Sequence record: OR496884.1
Direction: 5' to 3' (one strand)
DNA length: 64,000 bases
The notes beneath the pieces were generated by a model. The model had not been told where the DNA came from. It saw only the letters and a program-made list of their open reading frames with translations, and searched no databases. The translations under genes were made by a program, and so were the position numbers. Below, one piece after another: positions 11,501 through 20,001 of this stretch (its first letter is position 1; each line of letters starts with the position of its first letter).

Positions 11501-12623
11501 TAAGTTAGCTGGTGAAGATAAAGGGATTAAATTTGATCCTGCTGAAGGCGAGCGCCTGATGCTCAACACTATGTTAAAACACGGTATTACAGACAAGAAA
11601 CAGATTGCTCTTGGATTGGCGATGGCCAAGAAGGAGACAGGGAATTATTCGGCTACGGTTGAGAATACCAACTGGAGTGCTCCAACACTTAAAAAGCTGT
11701 TTAGAAACATCCCTGATATGGCAACAGCGCAGAAGGTAGCGTCACTTCCTCCGGCTGAGCGAGCCATGTATGTCTATGGACGAGCTCCTAAAGGACCTAC
11801 ACTAGGTAATGAGAAACCAGAAGACGGTTGGTTATATCGTGGCCGTGGTCTGTTCCAATTAACTGGTAAAGCCAACTATCGTAAATTCCAATCTGAAACC
11901 GGAATCCCGGTAGTTGAAGATCCAAAGTTAGTTTCCGAAAACCCCGAGGTTATGGCAGAGTCAGCTGTTCGGTTCTTAAAGAACAGTAAAGCAATGATGG
12001 ACATTGGTCGTAGTGGTAACTTTGAAACTGCCGTTAGAGGTATTAATGGCGGCAACGCAGTTCCCGGTACTGATGAACGTAGACAGTATTATCAAGAGTA
12101 CCTTCAAAAACTGAACAGTGGGGAATTAAGTGTTCCCTTAACCGTTGAGACACAAGGTGACCTTGAAACACCAGAAACACCTCCATCTGCCCCTGACAAT
12201 GTTACTGATGGTGGAACATTAGGTGGTGATAATCCAAAGAGTAAAGATAAACTTTCTGAACAGTTAAATGCTGCTGATACAACTAGAAATGTTTCTACTG
12301 CTCCTTCGGAATCCGGCAATAAGAAAACATCTGCCGCCGTACCTAATGTTAAGGATATTGTTGAAGCAAGTGATAAACCCACTAAGTCGGAGAGTAAGTT
12401 ACCGGCTGTGGCTACACCTGCTCCTCAGGTCCCAAGCACAATGGCACCGCCACCAGCGATTGCTAAACCTCAAGGCCCAACGGAAGTAACATTACCGGAA
12501 GGTCCACTTAACGTAAAAGATGAACATATGGCAGGTGTCATGACTTCAGTTGTCCAAACATTGGATAGTTTGAATAAGACCCTTGGCCAGTTCAATCGTA
12601 ATAATAACGGCGTTGCGCTGTAA
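5502..12623 (+). CDS. Giant tail-associated peptidoglycan hydrolase / tape-measure-like protein (phiKZ gp181-like) with C-terminal GH19 lysozyme/chitinase domain
   Basis: 2373 aa, divergent from the vRNAP genes; Gly-rich hydrophobic segments; GH19 motifs KKETG and LGNEKPEDGWLYRGRGLFQLTGKANY; Pro/Ala-rich tail. Confidence 0.85.
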   Translation: MAKNDFDMDWDDPFGGEFDLDMDFDMDPYAKKGFLGGVTSGFLSGVVDETVGSGPARMRTLRTILPSSFSNALDRVSYAATKYEELKTDFKEQNYESVKSLQSIARSIGEKARNKGFGKTADQLDNFSEKDFSSWEKYDYNSGPTVPTMEQTDEYDVSRSIEESMDSQEGVMFRLGDSLNEMSATVGGMLNGAIGAGNRQLVSIDSGVKQLIDFQRSIQFKMDQAKVNLMAKSYVADIKFYKFMEKGIHTEISELKKIVINSNKSDYEKTSHLTASKAFMRNRLFNTVGNRVGGLSGLLRDRFGADARKGTYGDIEGILGSFAEVLEMSDDMPISKGMLGSMAGKHLAGALINNAPYYFERGGGKEWIDKLAEKNPEQAEAFKERYSQVTNAGNKISYMANNATGLFNYMAEDWQPIDEMKYLDYEDYLDNLPADKKPTPRALWEIQNAVGNRAKAGINNVMAEMTKAKGTQYTLARRNVKDLNQPGIWKEMNNITLNEVLPGLLGRIHQSVEGIRTGEMGEAISYSYMRGQYMEEGDRKTAVAADLMPYSDFSRYTSAALEFVDSVDPDKLLSANARKAFALQIAKDVDKEKGFNPFYYLGDIPGITGSVQNEIHTVIKRHFDIDDDGVEAFKQTTGLDRVNFMSTMKTDIAQERLNQAGASAQNLKEIFPNVAERIDLLRSTGNEQLLRDIGVIYTENGVDKVNMDVFHNRFAQFMDNPNDPALRGMGKNQTFKQKGKDFTGTPFTPKPNPYTEVENNSSVGITGELNTTMAKLIDTINKMDKSITTPNVSELPNLSEYVTPLSNHLDTISSNTGKMESLMVELLDIVKAGKLFSRKQSATEEKQEESAKSGFMNKMKQFLPTNIFGKGLDLVMKNQPIVLGSVLGAVGANFINNPILAAGAIAGGALLGAVVQRWEKQDRQATGDQPSDDEDILNEKGETLLSSAKLKAGLYIDAITKRVVNTWSEIRGPIFDTVEKIVIGIKDLAGKIFGADGRAVVLNGLRQLKEAGIAAYNFVDPIGRIKSIMAMGKELIYQQDVYVPGDKNPRLRAIGFKNRDYFIDDAGSYRPISGWNEIKGPVFDSEANELISQEEYDAGLITASGQKVRTVSAFAANTMSGVAGLAKTGFETLMAKMGFQRPQSQENPEGNKEGSKTSQMAGTEHRLDRIYALLSKQFGKGVDNDEIDSGLKGSFADRLNSLADKAAKAKEEKQDKTNEAIQDIAAELKGDDKEPGEEKKQGLFSKLLGMFGSMGGLAMKFIRNPLGTLAGGILGSLGASAGRLGKIGSLLFSGVLGIASPIFKLLKWGFTGLAKVISASAMGGLGSLLGTGGGRGRGGILGGLGRQLMKLPTWGKVAGAAALAGGSVYAGSNLFSSEEEAEADPFATESEKEPKPYYEPPKTGAEQAYLERQTARETRDKENNESSLGSVGKVIADIVPQNWLAKKALGLFGMDVEKEQGGKIFSDDGKMFLSKQDRDTYEDQRDGVIAPSSLTRDAKGTFSIQKQIRYAQYGLRKVDNNLAMRIDQLEQNLIPYVSIINNRGAFRDDAPVEKIVKQFAMGAGNISYDQAKTWFSARFKPIFLIYNVGISIARLGDINEFDMSTSPDVRATIDRLRTSVTTVEPFPLKVSVQIDPDTGIMGEYATNDRVQELMEELRKKFPEDKSTLKLPTADEMRKKALSSEPRSSNPIVGAVQDFFGRTAMEDQQRLLDEKFKTPKEVKEIDISDLHSSTDAAMDPFTWARLSVYGNVDNMPWRVDAVLKLERYTENLYAVMGEEIKFIGHPKKVLELFKPMFRIEDPHAEDRWLDWFENRFLPVVSVYIKRCQLYRSGKPSRVWQQLSATNKVVIARELAEIRVFYNDNEVSIWDVTVGPFPNSVSGNASSRAEKFLKMLDIKATEARLKEPEVEEEKSKTASERMATTKPNSDTIKNNTNRLFDRVYGTNRQIASGNVSIGGGGSGMAMGANGSPSASNWSQSLGDQKGGQFDGKWAAGFNPEYAKLAGEDKGIKFDPAEGERLMLNTMLKHGITDKKQIALGLAMAKKETGNYSATVENTNWSAPTLKKLFRNIPDMATAQKVASLPPAERAMYVYGRAPKGPTLGNEKPEDGWLYRGRGLFQLTGKANYRKFQSETGIPVVEDPKLVSENPEVMAESAVRFLKNSKAMMDIGRSGNFETAVRGINGGNAVPGTDERRQYYQEYLQKLNSGELSVPLTVETQGDLETPETPPSAPDNVTDGGTLGGDNPKSKDKLSEQLNAADTTRNVSTAPSESGNKKTSAAVPNVKDIVEASDKPTKSESKLPAVATPAPQVPSTMAPPPAIAKPQGPTEVTLPEGPLNVKDEHMAGVMTSVVQTLDSLNKTLGQFNRNNNGVAL

Positions 12624-12627
12624 TTTG

Positions 12628-12657
12628 CGAGAGAAAGGGGTCTTCCCCTTTCTCTCG
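12628..12657 (+). terminator. Rho-independent terminator-like hairpin
   Basis: cgagagaaagggg-tctt-cccctttctctcg (13-bp stem) followed by a T-run. Confidence 0.85.
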
Positions 12658-12682
12658 TTTTTATTTGTTGTGAGGTTTTACA

Positions 12683-14878
12683 ATGAGCGTCAAAGTCCCC
12701 TTTAAGGACAGTAATTTAATATCGCGTTCATTTAGATTAATGAGTGACGGTATATCAGATCCAGCGGATGCATTGTTACGTTCAGATTACGATTTATATA
12801 CTTCTTTTTTCTCAACAGCAATTGGTGATAACAAATATATTAACCCGTTGCCAGGATTTGGATTGAATACCGATCCTTATCCTAAACCCATTATGCAAAA
12901 CACAATGGGTAACATGGGAAGGTATTATAAACGTATCTTTCATGATAACGCACAAATGGTTACGTTAACAGCAGGTGTTCCTGAATTTACAGGCATGCTA
13001 CAATTCTTGTTGAATATGTTTGATTATTCAGCCGCTACCCTGGTTACAAAAGGTCGGGCACCAAGTTGGGCATTTTATATTACCCAAGCAGCAAGTTCTA
13101 TTGCGTTTTGGCCCGCTCAGTTAGTCGCGACATCCTTTAACTTCTTTGAATATTTAACCAACACACCAAAGAACAAATGGTATTATCATAAGTCAGCAAT
13201 GGGTGCCTATTTAACAGCTTCCCAGGGTATATTTAACGACCTTATGATTGCTGCAGGTTGGACACTGACCGTGTTACCAAAACAAGGTGACACTATTGGT
13301 GAGACAGCAAAACAAAGTACCAATGGTAGTAAAGGTTATGAAACAAGAAGCAGCGCTGCACAATCTAACTTTAGTTATTTAAACTCAATGTTTCCTGATT
13401 CTATTAATGAAGACGGGACAATTGATATTACTAAAGTAGCACTGCGTGGAGTTAGAAAATTCAGACACTTTACTAAAAAGATAAAAGAACTTGATGAAGG
13501 ATCGTCAATACGAAGTGTTGAAGAAAAGGATCTTGCAATTGAAAAGATTCTTCAACGATTAGTTTCTGATGGTAATTTTGTTAACGGTAAAGTGGGTGGT
13601 TATGAAAATAAAGGAACTTCCGATTACTTAATGGCTGAGTTAAAAACAGTTGGCGCACATCGCGGTGATGAAGAAATTGCATTTCCAGAAATTGCATCTA
13701 GTTACACTAACCCAGAACCATATGCTAAAATTAATCCGGAAGATCCTGCCTTTGCCTCTAATACAGGTCTTGGTCAAAATCCGTTAAATGATATTCGTAA
13801 TAAGTTAAGCGCTTACGATAATGCCAACTACGGACTTGACAACAACGGCAGTTCTACTGGTTCCGGTGCAAATCCACCCGACCTTTCCGGTAACGTTCCA
13901 GAAAGTTTTTCAGATGGAAGTTTATCTGAAAATGGATGGTTTACCGAAATTGGTGAATTGTTGTTAGATCAATTCCAAGGTGGGATGGATGGTATTACTT
14001 TTAGAACAGAAGGTAGCGGCCCTGTTAGTGACTCTTTCTCAAGCCAAACAACACAATCTGCTATAGCAGGTGCTTTTAATAATACTGTCCAAGCTGTCTC
14101 TGATTTTAAATTTAATATTGGTGGTGGCGTCACTGGGATTGATATTATTGATGGTTTTATGGGACAGGTCAAAGACGCTGTAGCCGGCGTCGCTGCTGGA
14201 TCTGTTATTGGTAACGTTCCATTAGCGCTGCTTGGTAACTCTCGTGTTGACATTGCTGAACATTGGTCAGACTCTACCACTAATCTTCACACTGAAACAT
14301 TTAATTTTTATTTTGAAGCTCCTTATGCCCACCCTTACTCAATTGCAACAAACGTCTTTTTGCCATTGAGTTTGATTATGCCATTTATTGTTCCCTTTGC
14401 AACTGGCGGCTCTACTTACGGTTCTCCTTTTATATTAAAGGCATTCCAACGAGGAAAATCCATTATACGTTTGGGAATTGTAAGAAACGCAAGTATTACA
14501 TTTGGAGAAGGTCCGTTAGGATTTACTCAAGACATGAAACCACGAAACGTGAGAGTCTCTATTGAAGTAGCCGATCTTGAACAAATCATGGCTGCTCCTA
14601 TTGCTAGGTTAACCAATCCACTTGATTTGTTAAACTTAGCTAAACAGTCTTCTCGATATTTAGGTGATCTTGGTAAATATAACGATTGGGTTAACCGTAC
14701 GGCAGGGGTTGATTATCTTGATACCGTATTGCGTTACAATGACCTTAACCGGCGTTTAACTCGTTTTACAACCGATACCAAAAACTTGTTTAAAGCGTCG
14801 ACTATTGCTAACGTAGTAAGTGATAGTATTGTTGGTGATGTAGCTAGGATATTTACTTCAAGACCATTAAATAGATGA
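12683..14878 (+). CDS. Virion structural protein (phiKZ gp182-like)
   Basis: 731 aa directly downstream of the gp181-like gene; synteny; GVPEF and SPF motifs. Confidence 0.6.
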   Translation: MSVKVPFKDSNLISRSFRLMSDGISDPADALLRSDYDLYTSFFSTAIGDNKYINPLPGFGLNTDPYPKPIMQNTMGNMGRYYKRIFHDNAQMVTLTAGVPEFTGMLQFLLNMFDYSAATLVTKGRAPSWAFYITQAASSIAFWPAQLVATSFNFFEYLTNTPKNKWYYHKSAMGAYLTASQGIFNDLMIAAGWTLTVLPKQGDTIGETAKQSTNGSKGYETRSSAAQSNFSYLNSMFPDSINEDGTIDITKVALRGVRKFRHFTKKIKELDEGSSIRSVEEKDLAIEKILQRLVSDGNFVNGKVGGYENKGTSDYLMAELKTVGAHRGDEEIAFPEIASSYTNPEPYAKINPEDPAFASNTGLGQNPLNDIRNKLSAYDNANYGLDNNGSSTGSGANPPDLSGNVPESFSDGSLSENGWFTEIGELLLDQFQGGMDGITFRTEGSGPVSDSFSSQTTQSAIAGAFNNTVQAVSDFKFNIGGGVTGIDIIDGFMGQVKDAVAGVAAGSVIGNVPLALLGNSRVDIAEHWSDSTTNLHTETFNFYFEAPYAHPYSIATNVFLPLSLIMPFIVPFATGGSTYGSPFILKAFQRGKSIIRLGIVRNASITFGEGPLGFTQDMKPRNVRVSIEVADLEQIMAAPIARLTNPLDLLNLAKQSSRYLGDLGKYNDWVNRTAGVDYLDTVLRYNDLNRRLTRFTTDTKNLFKASTIANVVSDSIVGDVARIFTSRPLNR

Positions 14879-14881
14879 TTA

Positions 14882-14919
14882 AATTACCCTCTAGCCCTTT
14901 ATAGGGCTAGAGGGTAATT
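14882..14919. terminator. Bidirectional terminator between convergent genes
   Basis: 17-bp perfect stem aattaccctctagccct-ttat-agggctagagggtaatt. Confidence 0.9.
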
Positions 14920-14923
14920 ATTT

Positions 14924-16039
14924 TTATGCTTGGAAATTAATTGCTTTTGGAAAATCTTTTAAATAGACGTCAATCGCGCTAGTATCATTAAAAATACCGG
15001 CGGAACAAAGTAACGGATGATATTGAGGAAAATCTTGTAGTAACAATTTAGCAGATTCACTAATGGAATTAACAACTGCCAAATTTGTGACCAATCCAAA
15101 CTCGGTCGCTGACTTATACCAATCAGGCCCACCGACTTCCACTAATAATGTGTTTAATAACACGGCTAACTGCGGATAGTCTTCTTCATAAGTATCGGCG
15201 GTAAAATAAAAACCTGCCAGTGTTCGTTCAATTAAATCAGGATATTGAGCACGGACTTTATTCAACCCTTCTTTACCAATTATTTCCAACATCTTATTAA
15301 TGGATTGAATATCGCCTCTGGCTATGCAATACTCCATGGAATTAATGATAGCGTCGTGATAATCAGACTGGAATAGATATTGATCACCAAAGGTCTCATA
15401 ACTTTGATACATTGCGTTTTCAGCCGCTTGCCGTATCATTGTATTTAATACTGCATTTACGCCGGCAATATTAACTATCCCGGCAAAGGCGCCATTTTCT
15501 TTTCCAAGAAAATTAATGAGTGTTTCACCCACGGACATTTGCCAACCATCACGAATTGATACTTTTGTGCCATCTGCAAAAAACAAACCTGAACTTATGC
15601 CCCCAGTCATGGAATCTAATTCTTTTAAAAATTCATCTCCCATGAGCTGTTTAATGTCACCGGCTGATCCTACGTTAAATCCAAGACCGTTACTGGCCAT
15701 TCTAAGTAATTCACTACTATTAACTTTAAATCCATCTTCATAACTTAATACATTAGATAACTGAGGGTTGTTTAAAATCCCTCCGACAAGATCACTTGCG
15801 CCTTGTATAATCTTATCAATGTTAATAGATTTAAAAGTAGTAACGGCGTTGACCAATCGACTATCAGATTCACTGACTAACGCCACACCGCTATTAGTAG
15901 CTTCACCTACGGCTTTTAATGGATTGATTAGCTGTGAAGTTAATCCACTAACTGATTCACTAATTGTTTTACTTAATGATTCAATTGGGTTACTTTTGGT
16001 AACACCTGAAAATAAACCATCTTGTCCAAGTAAATTCAT
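14924..16039 (-). CDS. Conserved jumbo-phage protein, probably virion structural
   Basis: ORF track 14924..16144; start moved to MNLLGQ because the upstream extension crosses a terminator hairpin. Confidence 0.6.
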   Translation of the reverse strand: MNLLGQDGLFSGVTKSNPIESLSKTISESVSGLTSQLINPLKAVGEATNSGVALVSESDSRLVNAVTTFKSINIDKIIQGASDLVGGILNNPQLSNVLSYEDGFKVNSSELLRMASNGLGFNVGSAGDIKQLMGDEFLKELDSMTGGISSGLFFADGTKVSIRDGWQMSVGETLINFLGKENGAFAGIVNIAGVNAVLNTMIRQAAENAMYQSYETFGDQYLFQSDYHDAIINSMEYCIARGDIQSINKMLEIIGKEGLNKVRAQYPDLIERTLAGFYFTADTYEEDYPQLAVLLNTLLVEVGGPDWYKSATEFGLVTNLAVVNSISESAKLLLQDFPQYHPLLCSAGIFNDTSAIDVYLKDFPKAINFQA

Positions 16040-16073
16040 ATAGATATCCTTAAATAAAAAATAATAAGAATAA

Positions 16074-16105
16074 GTTGTTACCCTAGCTAATGCTAGGGTA
16101 ACAAC
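16074..16105 (-). terminator. Terminator hairpin
   Basis: gttgttaccctagc-taat-gctagggtaacaac (14-bp stem), T-rich downstream on the minus strand. Confidence 0.8.
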
Positions 16106-16112
16106 TGACGAT

Positions 16113-16538
16113 TTATTCGTCTGTATCAGGAGTGATTGGTGCACGGGTTGGTCTAAGATAAGATGTTTCGCTTATCTCAAATTTTTCACCTGTCTCAAGT
16201 TCACATTCTAACCTAATGGTTACTTTGCGAATCTTAAGAATTTTCAATCCTTCTATCAATTTATTAAAGCTTAATGTCTTACTAAAAAAGTAAGCACTGT
16301 TGGCGTTACCAAGACTGGTTCCTCTGGCTTTCTTAACTTCGAAAGATGTTCCAGAGTCATCAGGATGAATAAATCGCAAGTGGTCTGTCATATATGACTT
16401 CCACATTGCCATGTTAACGTTTAAACGTTCCATGACCTTGCGAAACATTCGAGCAGGTGTATCGGTCAGTTGTTCGGTAGGAATGTAATTTTTATTTGTA
16501 CCGAAATTTGCGGTGCCTTTTTCTTTGCTATTCTTCAT
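16113..16538 (-). CDS. Hypothetical protein (141 aa)
   Basis: Coupled to the upstream ORF; core-region position. Confidence 0.6.
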   Translation of the reverse strand: MKNSKEKGTANFGTNKNYIPTEQLTDTPARMFRKVMERLNVNMAMWKSYMTDHLRFIHPDDSGTSFEVKKARGTSLGNANSAYFFSKTLSFNKLIEGLKILKIRKVTIRLECELETGEKFEISETSYLRPTRAPITPDTDE

Positions 16539-17088
16539 AAGCGCTCTCTAAATAAAAATCTAATATGAAGGTGGCGTCGACTAATAATAGTCTATATAAT
16601 AGACTTTCTAAAAACTGTTCTTCTTTTTCATCGATCACCACTCTTATCAGTGGGTTTCCATCAAACCCTGTTACTATATTTTCATCTTCCATATTGACTT
16701 GAATATTAAGAAAATACTGAATGTATTCAAAAAACTCGATTACACTTGATTCGCTTGAATACCAAAGAGAAAAATATTTGGTGATTTGTTTTGAATTTAC
16801 AGATGGATTAGGTGAGACTGTTTCTATCGTATCATTTAGCTTTTTAAAACGCTTGAGCGCTTCTGAGGAGCTTTTTGAATGGACCTGAATATGTTTGAGT
16901 GACCCATAGACAAGATCGTCTTTAAAACTAATTACAGAGCTTTTTAGAATATTGTGTAATGCGACTATGTACTTGTTATTGAAGTAACCTCCTGTAAAAT
17001 CATCCTTGATTAAATCAAGCTGTTTTCTTAGTTTCAGTATTTCACGTTTTCGAAAGAAACTAAACAACATTAAAAATTTCTTTAGCAT
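16528..17088 (-). CDS. Hypothetical protein (186 aa)
   Basis: Long ORF filling the gap. Confidence 0.6.
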   Translation of the reverse strand: MLKKFLMLFSFFRKREILKLRKQLDLIKDDFTGGYFNNKYIVALHNILKSSVISFKDDLVYGSLKHIQVHSKSSSEALKRFKKLNDTIETVSPNPSVNSKQITKYFSLWYSSESSVIEFFEYIQYFLNIQVNMEDENIVTGFDGNPLIRVVIDEKEEQFLESLLYRLLLVDATFILDFYLESAYEE

Positions 17089-17175
17089 AGTTGCTGAACC
17101 TTTTGTTAAAATGAAACTTCACTGTTGTTTACACACAGTGATAATATCTATTTGAATTTTTATGAGGCACTTATA

Positions 17176-17712
17176 ATGTACGATGAAGACATGGAAGATT
17201 CTGGGATTCTTCCTGAGCCTATTGAAAATACGCCAGCAGATATCGCGTTAAAAGAAAAAGAAGAGTTGATGAAGAATCTCCAAACTATTCTTAACAAGGG
17301 AAATAGTAAAGAGACAGAATCTGAGCTAATCAATTGTATTCAAAGAAATCGAAAATTGATGCTGGATGTTGCAACAGCGACGTTTATTAAAAAGCCTAAC
17401 AACTCAAAATTACTGGACTCTATTAACACATTGCTTGCTGGACTTGAAAAGTCAGTTCGTGATGATCGTAAAGAGAAATTAAAAGACAGGGAGCTTGAAG
17501 ATAATAAAACAAGCTTTGCAAGTCTTGTTAATGCCCTTAAAGAAGTTTCTGCTGGTAAGTTAACATTACCTACCTATGATGGACTTGCTTTGATTCTAGA
17601 CCCTCTCAAACCACTTACCGAATTAAGTGACGAAGAACAAATTAAAGAAGAAGAAAAAGACCAGGGTCGTCAAGAAATTGACGTCAGTGAAATAGAAGCT
17701 TCTTTCGATTAA
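17176..17712 (+). CDS. Hypothetical acidic/coiled-coil core protein
   Basis: GAGG RBS before MYDEDMED; ORF track start 17125 is probably too long. Confidence 0.6.
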   Translation: MYDEDMEDSGILPEPIENTPADIALKEKEELMKNLQTILNKGNSKETESELINCIQRNRKLMLDVATATFIKKPNNSKLLDSINTLLAGLEKSVRDDRKEKLKDRELEDNKTSFASLVNALKEVSAGKLTLPTYDGLALILDPLKPLTELSDEEQIKEEEKDQGRQEIDVSEIEASFD

Positions 17713-17722
17713 TTAAAATAAT

Positions 17723-17750
17723 CCTCCAGAGAGCAACTGCTCTCTGGAGG
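17723..17750. terminator. Bidirectional terminator
   Basis: cctccagagagc-aact-gctctctggagg between convergent genes. Confidence 0.85.
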
Positions 17751-17753
17751 TAT

Positions 17754-18485
17754 TTACTCTTTGTAATCAAAAACAGAAACAGGGACAGAGATGATAGTTA
17801 TTTTACCACCTTGAGCAGCATTTAATTTACTGATCAAGGCGCCTGGTGTTTCGCTTTCCATTTCAGTGGGGAGTGCTGTTTTACGCGCATACAACTCAGG
17901 AACAATAAACTTGGTTCCCGTGTTTAATGAATTACCGTACTTTTTCCAGTACGATTCCATGGCTTTTGAAACAAGAAAATTGTATTTAAAAACATAGTTG
18001 TAAGCATGTAAAAAATTAGGTTCAAGATCTTCATCTTTAATAAAGACAAAGTTTAACCCTATCGTAAATTTAATAGCAGCTCGGATAACCGATTCCAGTT
18101 CTCCCTTTTCACTGTCAGATAGCTGATAAGGGAAGGTATTGATAGTTAAATTAAAACTATCCGTTTGAAACATTTTCCCTACACCAAATTCTATTTCACG
18201 TACTATTGGAAACAGATGAGCAATTAGTTTACTTGGAATGGCATAAACCGTATTCAAATCTACCCAGTCTTCCTTACTACGTTTTTCAAACCGAGAGATA
18301 AAAGTTTCTTCAGTAATTCCAAATTCTGGGTATTCATATATGTCATATTTTCGACGTTTATAAATATCCGCAAAATTACTGTTCCAATCAAAATCTTTCC
18401 TGCCATGTTCATTTGCTAATTTATGCAAAATCATCCGGCGAGTATCCCAAAGAGAATCTAGATCGGTAAAAATGTTAATTGCCAT
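17754..18485 (-). CDS. Conserved jumbo-phage protein with HAD-like N-terminal DxD motif
   Basis: MAINIFTDLDSLWDTR resembles HAD motif I. Confidence 0.5.
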   Translation of the reverse strand: MAINIFTDLDSLWDTRRMILHKLANEHGRKDFDWNSNFADIYKRRKYDIYEYPEFGITEETFISRFEKRSKEDWVDLNTVYAIPSKLIAHLFPIVREIEFGVGKMFQTDSFNLTINTFPYQLSDSEKGELESVIRAAIKFTIGLNFVFIKDEDLEPNFLHAYNYVFKYNFLVSKAMESYWKKYGNSLNTGTKFIVPELYARKTALPTEMESETPGALISKLNAAQGGKITIISVPVSVFDYKE

Positions 18486-18488
18486 TTG

Positions 18489-18974
18489 TTACCTCTGATT
18501 TAAAACATTATCAACAATTAACAAACTTAATTGAGGTTTGTTAACAGCAATCAGCAAAATCAATTTTGCAAATGGATCTGCAAGTACCGGGTCGACCCCA
18601 ACCAATGTTTTTAAATCCAAAGAACCATCTAATTCCGAAAAGGAATTCATAACTGTTTTAATGGCGTCATCCGCAAACGGACTTGATTTAGTTCTGATCA
18701 AAAATCTAACTGCGTAATCATAAAGATCTTTGTTTTTACCAAGCAGTTGCATCAAACTGTCTAAAGATTCTTTAAATGATGCGATACTTGTTTCAAAGAA
18801 ATGGGTATTAATTTGTGCCCAAAATTCAAAGCCACCGCTTTGATTTTTTGCTTCTATAGAAATTTCTGTGGCAATTGAATTCACAAGAAATTGAACAGGG
18901 TCATAAAAAAGATTTTGTTCTTTTTCCTCGACCTGAGCTTCTTCATGATTTTGTTTAAATAACCGGTCTCGCAT
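18489..18974 (-). CDS. Hypothetical protein (161 aa)
   Basis: Tightly packed in the vRNAP beta-C operon. Confidence 0.6.
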   Translation of the reverse strand: MRDRLFKQNHEEAQVEEKEQNLFYDPVQFLVNSIATEISIEAKNQSGGFEFWAQINTHFFETSIASFKESLDSLMQLLGKNKDLYDYAVRFLIRTKSSPFADDAIKTVMNSFSELDGSLDLKTLVGVDPVLADPFAKLILLIAVNKPQLSLLIVDNVLNQR

Positions 18975-18977
18975 ACA

Positions 18978-19646
18978 TTACCCCAAGTTATTATCAAGCA
19001 ACTGAGCACGCAACAAGAAATGTGCAGTTCTAAGGGATTTCACACCACTACCATTTTTCAATGATGCTTGCGTTGTTGTAGTACCAGTTTGTATAATGTC
19101 GGACTTGTAACTACGATATGCAGCAATATCACCACCCCGCACGTCGGCCAGTTCTTTAGCCATGGTTTTCAATCCAAGAGAAAGCAACACTTGAATCTCT
19201 GGATTTGAAATACCACCTGCCTTTGAATCCCCAGTTGGCTGACCAGTTAGATCTTCTATTTCATGATCATGTTTAGAAGCACCGAACTTCTTAGCCAATA
19301 GTTGTCGTTGCTTACGTGACTCTGCAATTCCTACAATGGCTGTTTTAGGCGTTTCAAACTCAAGCCCAGTATCTGGGTCAGTAATGATCAATGTCTGTTC
19401 TAGAGGGATATCAAGCTCTTTAGCAAGCTTGCACAGATCGTCGTAGTTAATTGCATTTTCAGGCTTATCGTTTTCTACGAACATTGGAATGAAACCTGAA
19501 TCACAGATACTATTCCAAAATGCTTTAAACTGCTCATCCGTCAATGTTTTAAAAAGGGAAGTGTAGATCTTCCCTCCAAAACCACTGGGTGTAAAACGAT
19601 TAGCTAAGAAAAGAATGTCTGTTTCTATTTCTTTGCGGTTTTTCAT
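18978..19646 (-). CDS. Virion RNA polymerase beta subunit, C-terminal part (phiKZ gp149-like)
   Basis: DLTGQPTGDSKAGGISNPEIQVLLSLGL...ELADVRGGD aligns with the RpoB C-terminal [20 protein letters not shown]...LQEMLTVKSDD region. Confidence 0.85.
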   Translation of the reverse strand: MKNRKEIETDILFLANRFTPSGFGGKIYTSLFKTLTDEQFKAFWNSICDSGFIPMFVENDKPENAINYDDLCKLAKELDIPLEQTLIITDPDTGLEFETPKTAIVGIAESRKQRQLLAKKFGASKHDHEIEDLTGQPTGDSKAGGISNPEIQVLLSLGLKTMAKELADVRGGDIAAYRSYKSDIIQTGTTTTQASLKNGSGVKSLRTAHFLLRAQLLDNNLG

Positions 19647-19999
19647 GATCGTTTCTCATACTTGTAAATAGTTGTACTTTTCTCAGCCTCAGTTGCCTTT
19701 GCTGATACAGCTTCAATAAAAGGATCTGATTCAAAGTTAGCAATAAAGACAACTTCATTTAACTGAGTAAGATACTCTTCAATGGATTTAACAAATACGG
19801 TTTTATTTTTATCATCAGTTGGTTGCTGTTCTAAACCAGGGCAAGCGTACTTGCCCTGAACAGTGACCATTCGAAGTTTGTTATCACCAGCGCGTTTTGT
19901 CAGAAAGCTAGTGAGCCGAGCAAGATAATCTTGTTGATCTTTAACTTTATGAATAAAGTCAGGTTCAACAATTACTAGCACTGAATAGTCATAATACAT
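19643..19999 (-). CDS. Hypothetical protein
   Basis: Between uvsX and vRNAP beta-C; start at MYYDY just after the uvsX stop. Confidence 0.55.
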   Translation of the reverse strand: MYYDYSVLVIVEPDFIHKVKDQQDYLARLTSFLTKRAGDNKLRMVTVQGKYACPGLEQQPTDDKNKTVFVKSIEEYLTQLNEVVFIANFESDPFIEAVSAKATEAEKSTTIYKYEKRS

Positions 20000-20001
20000 G
20001 T

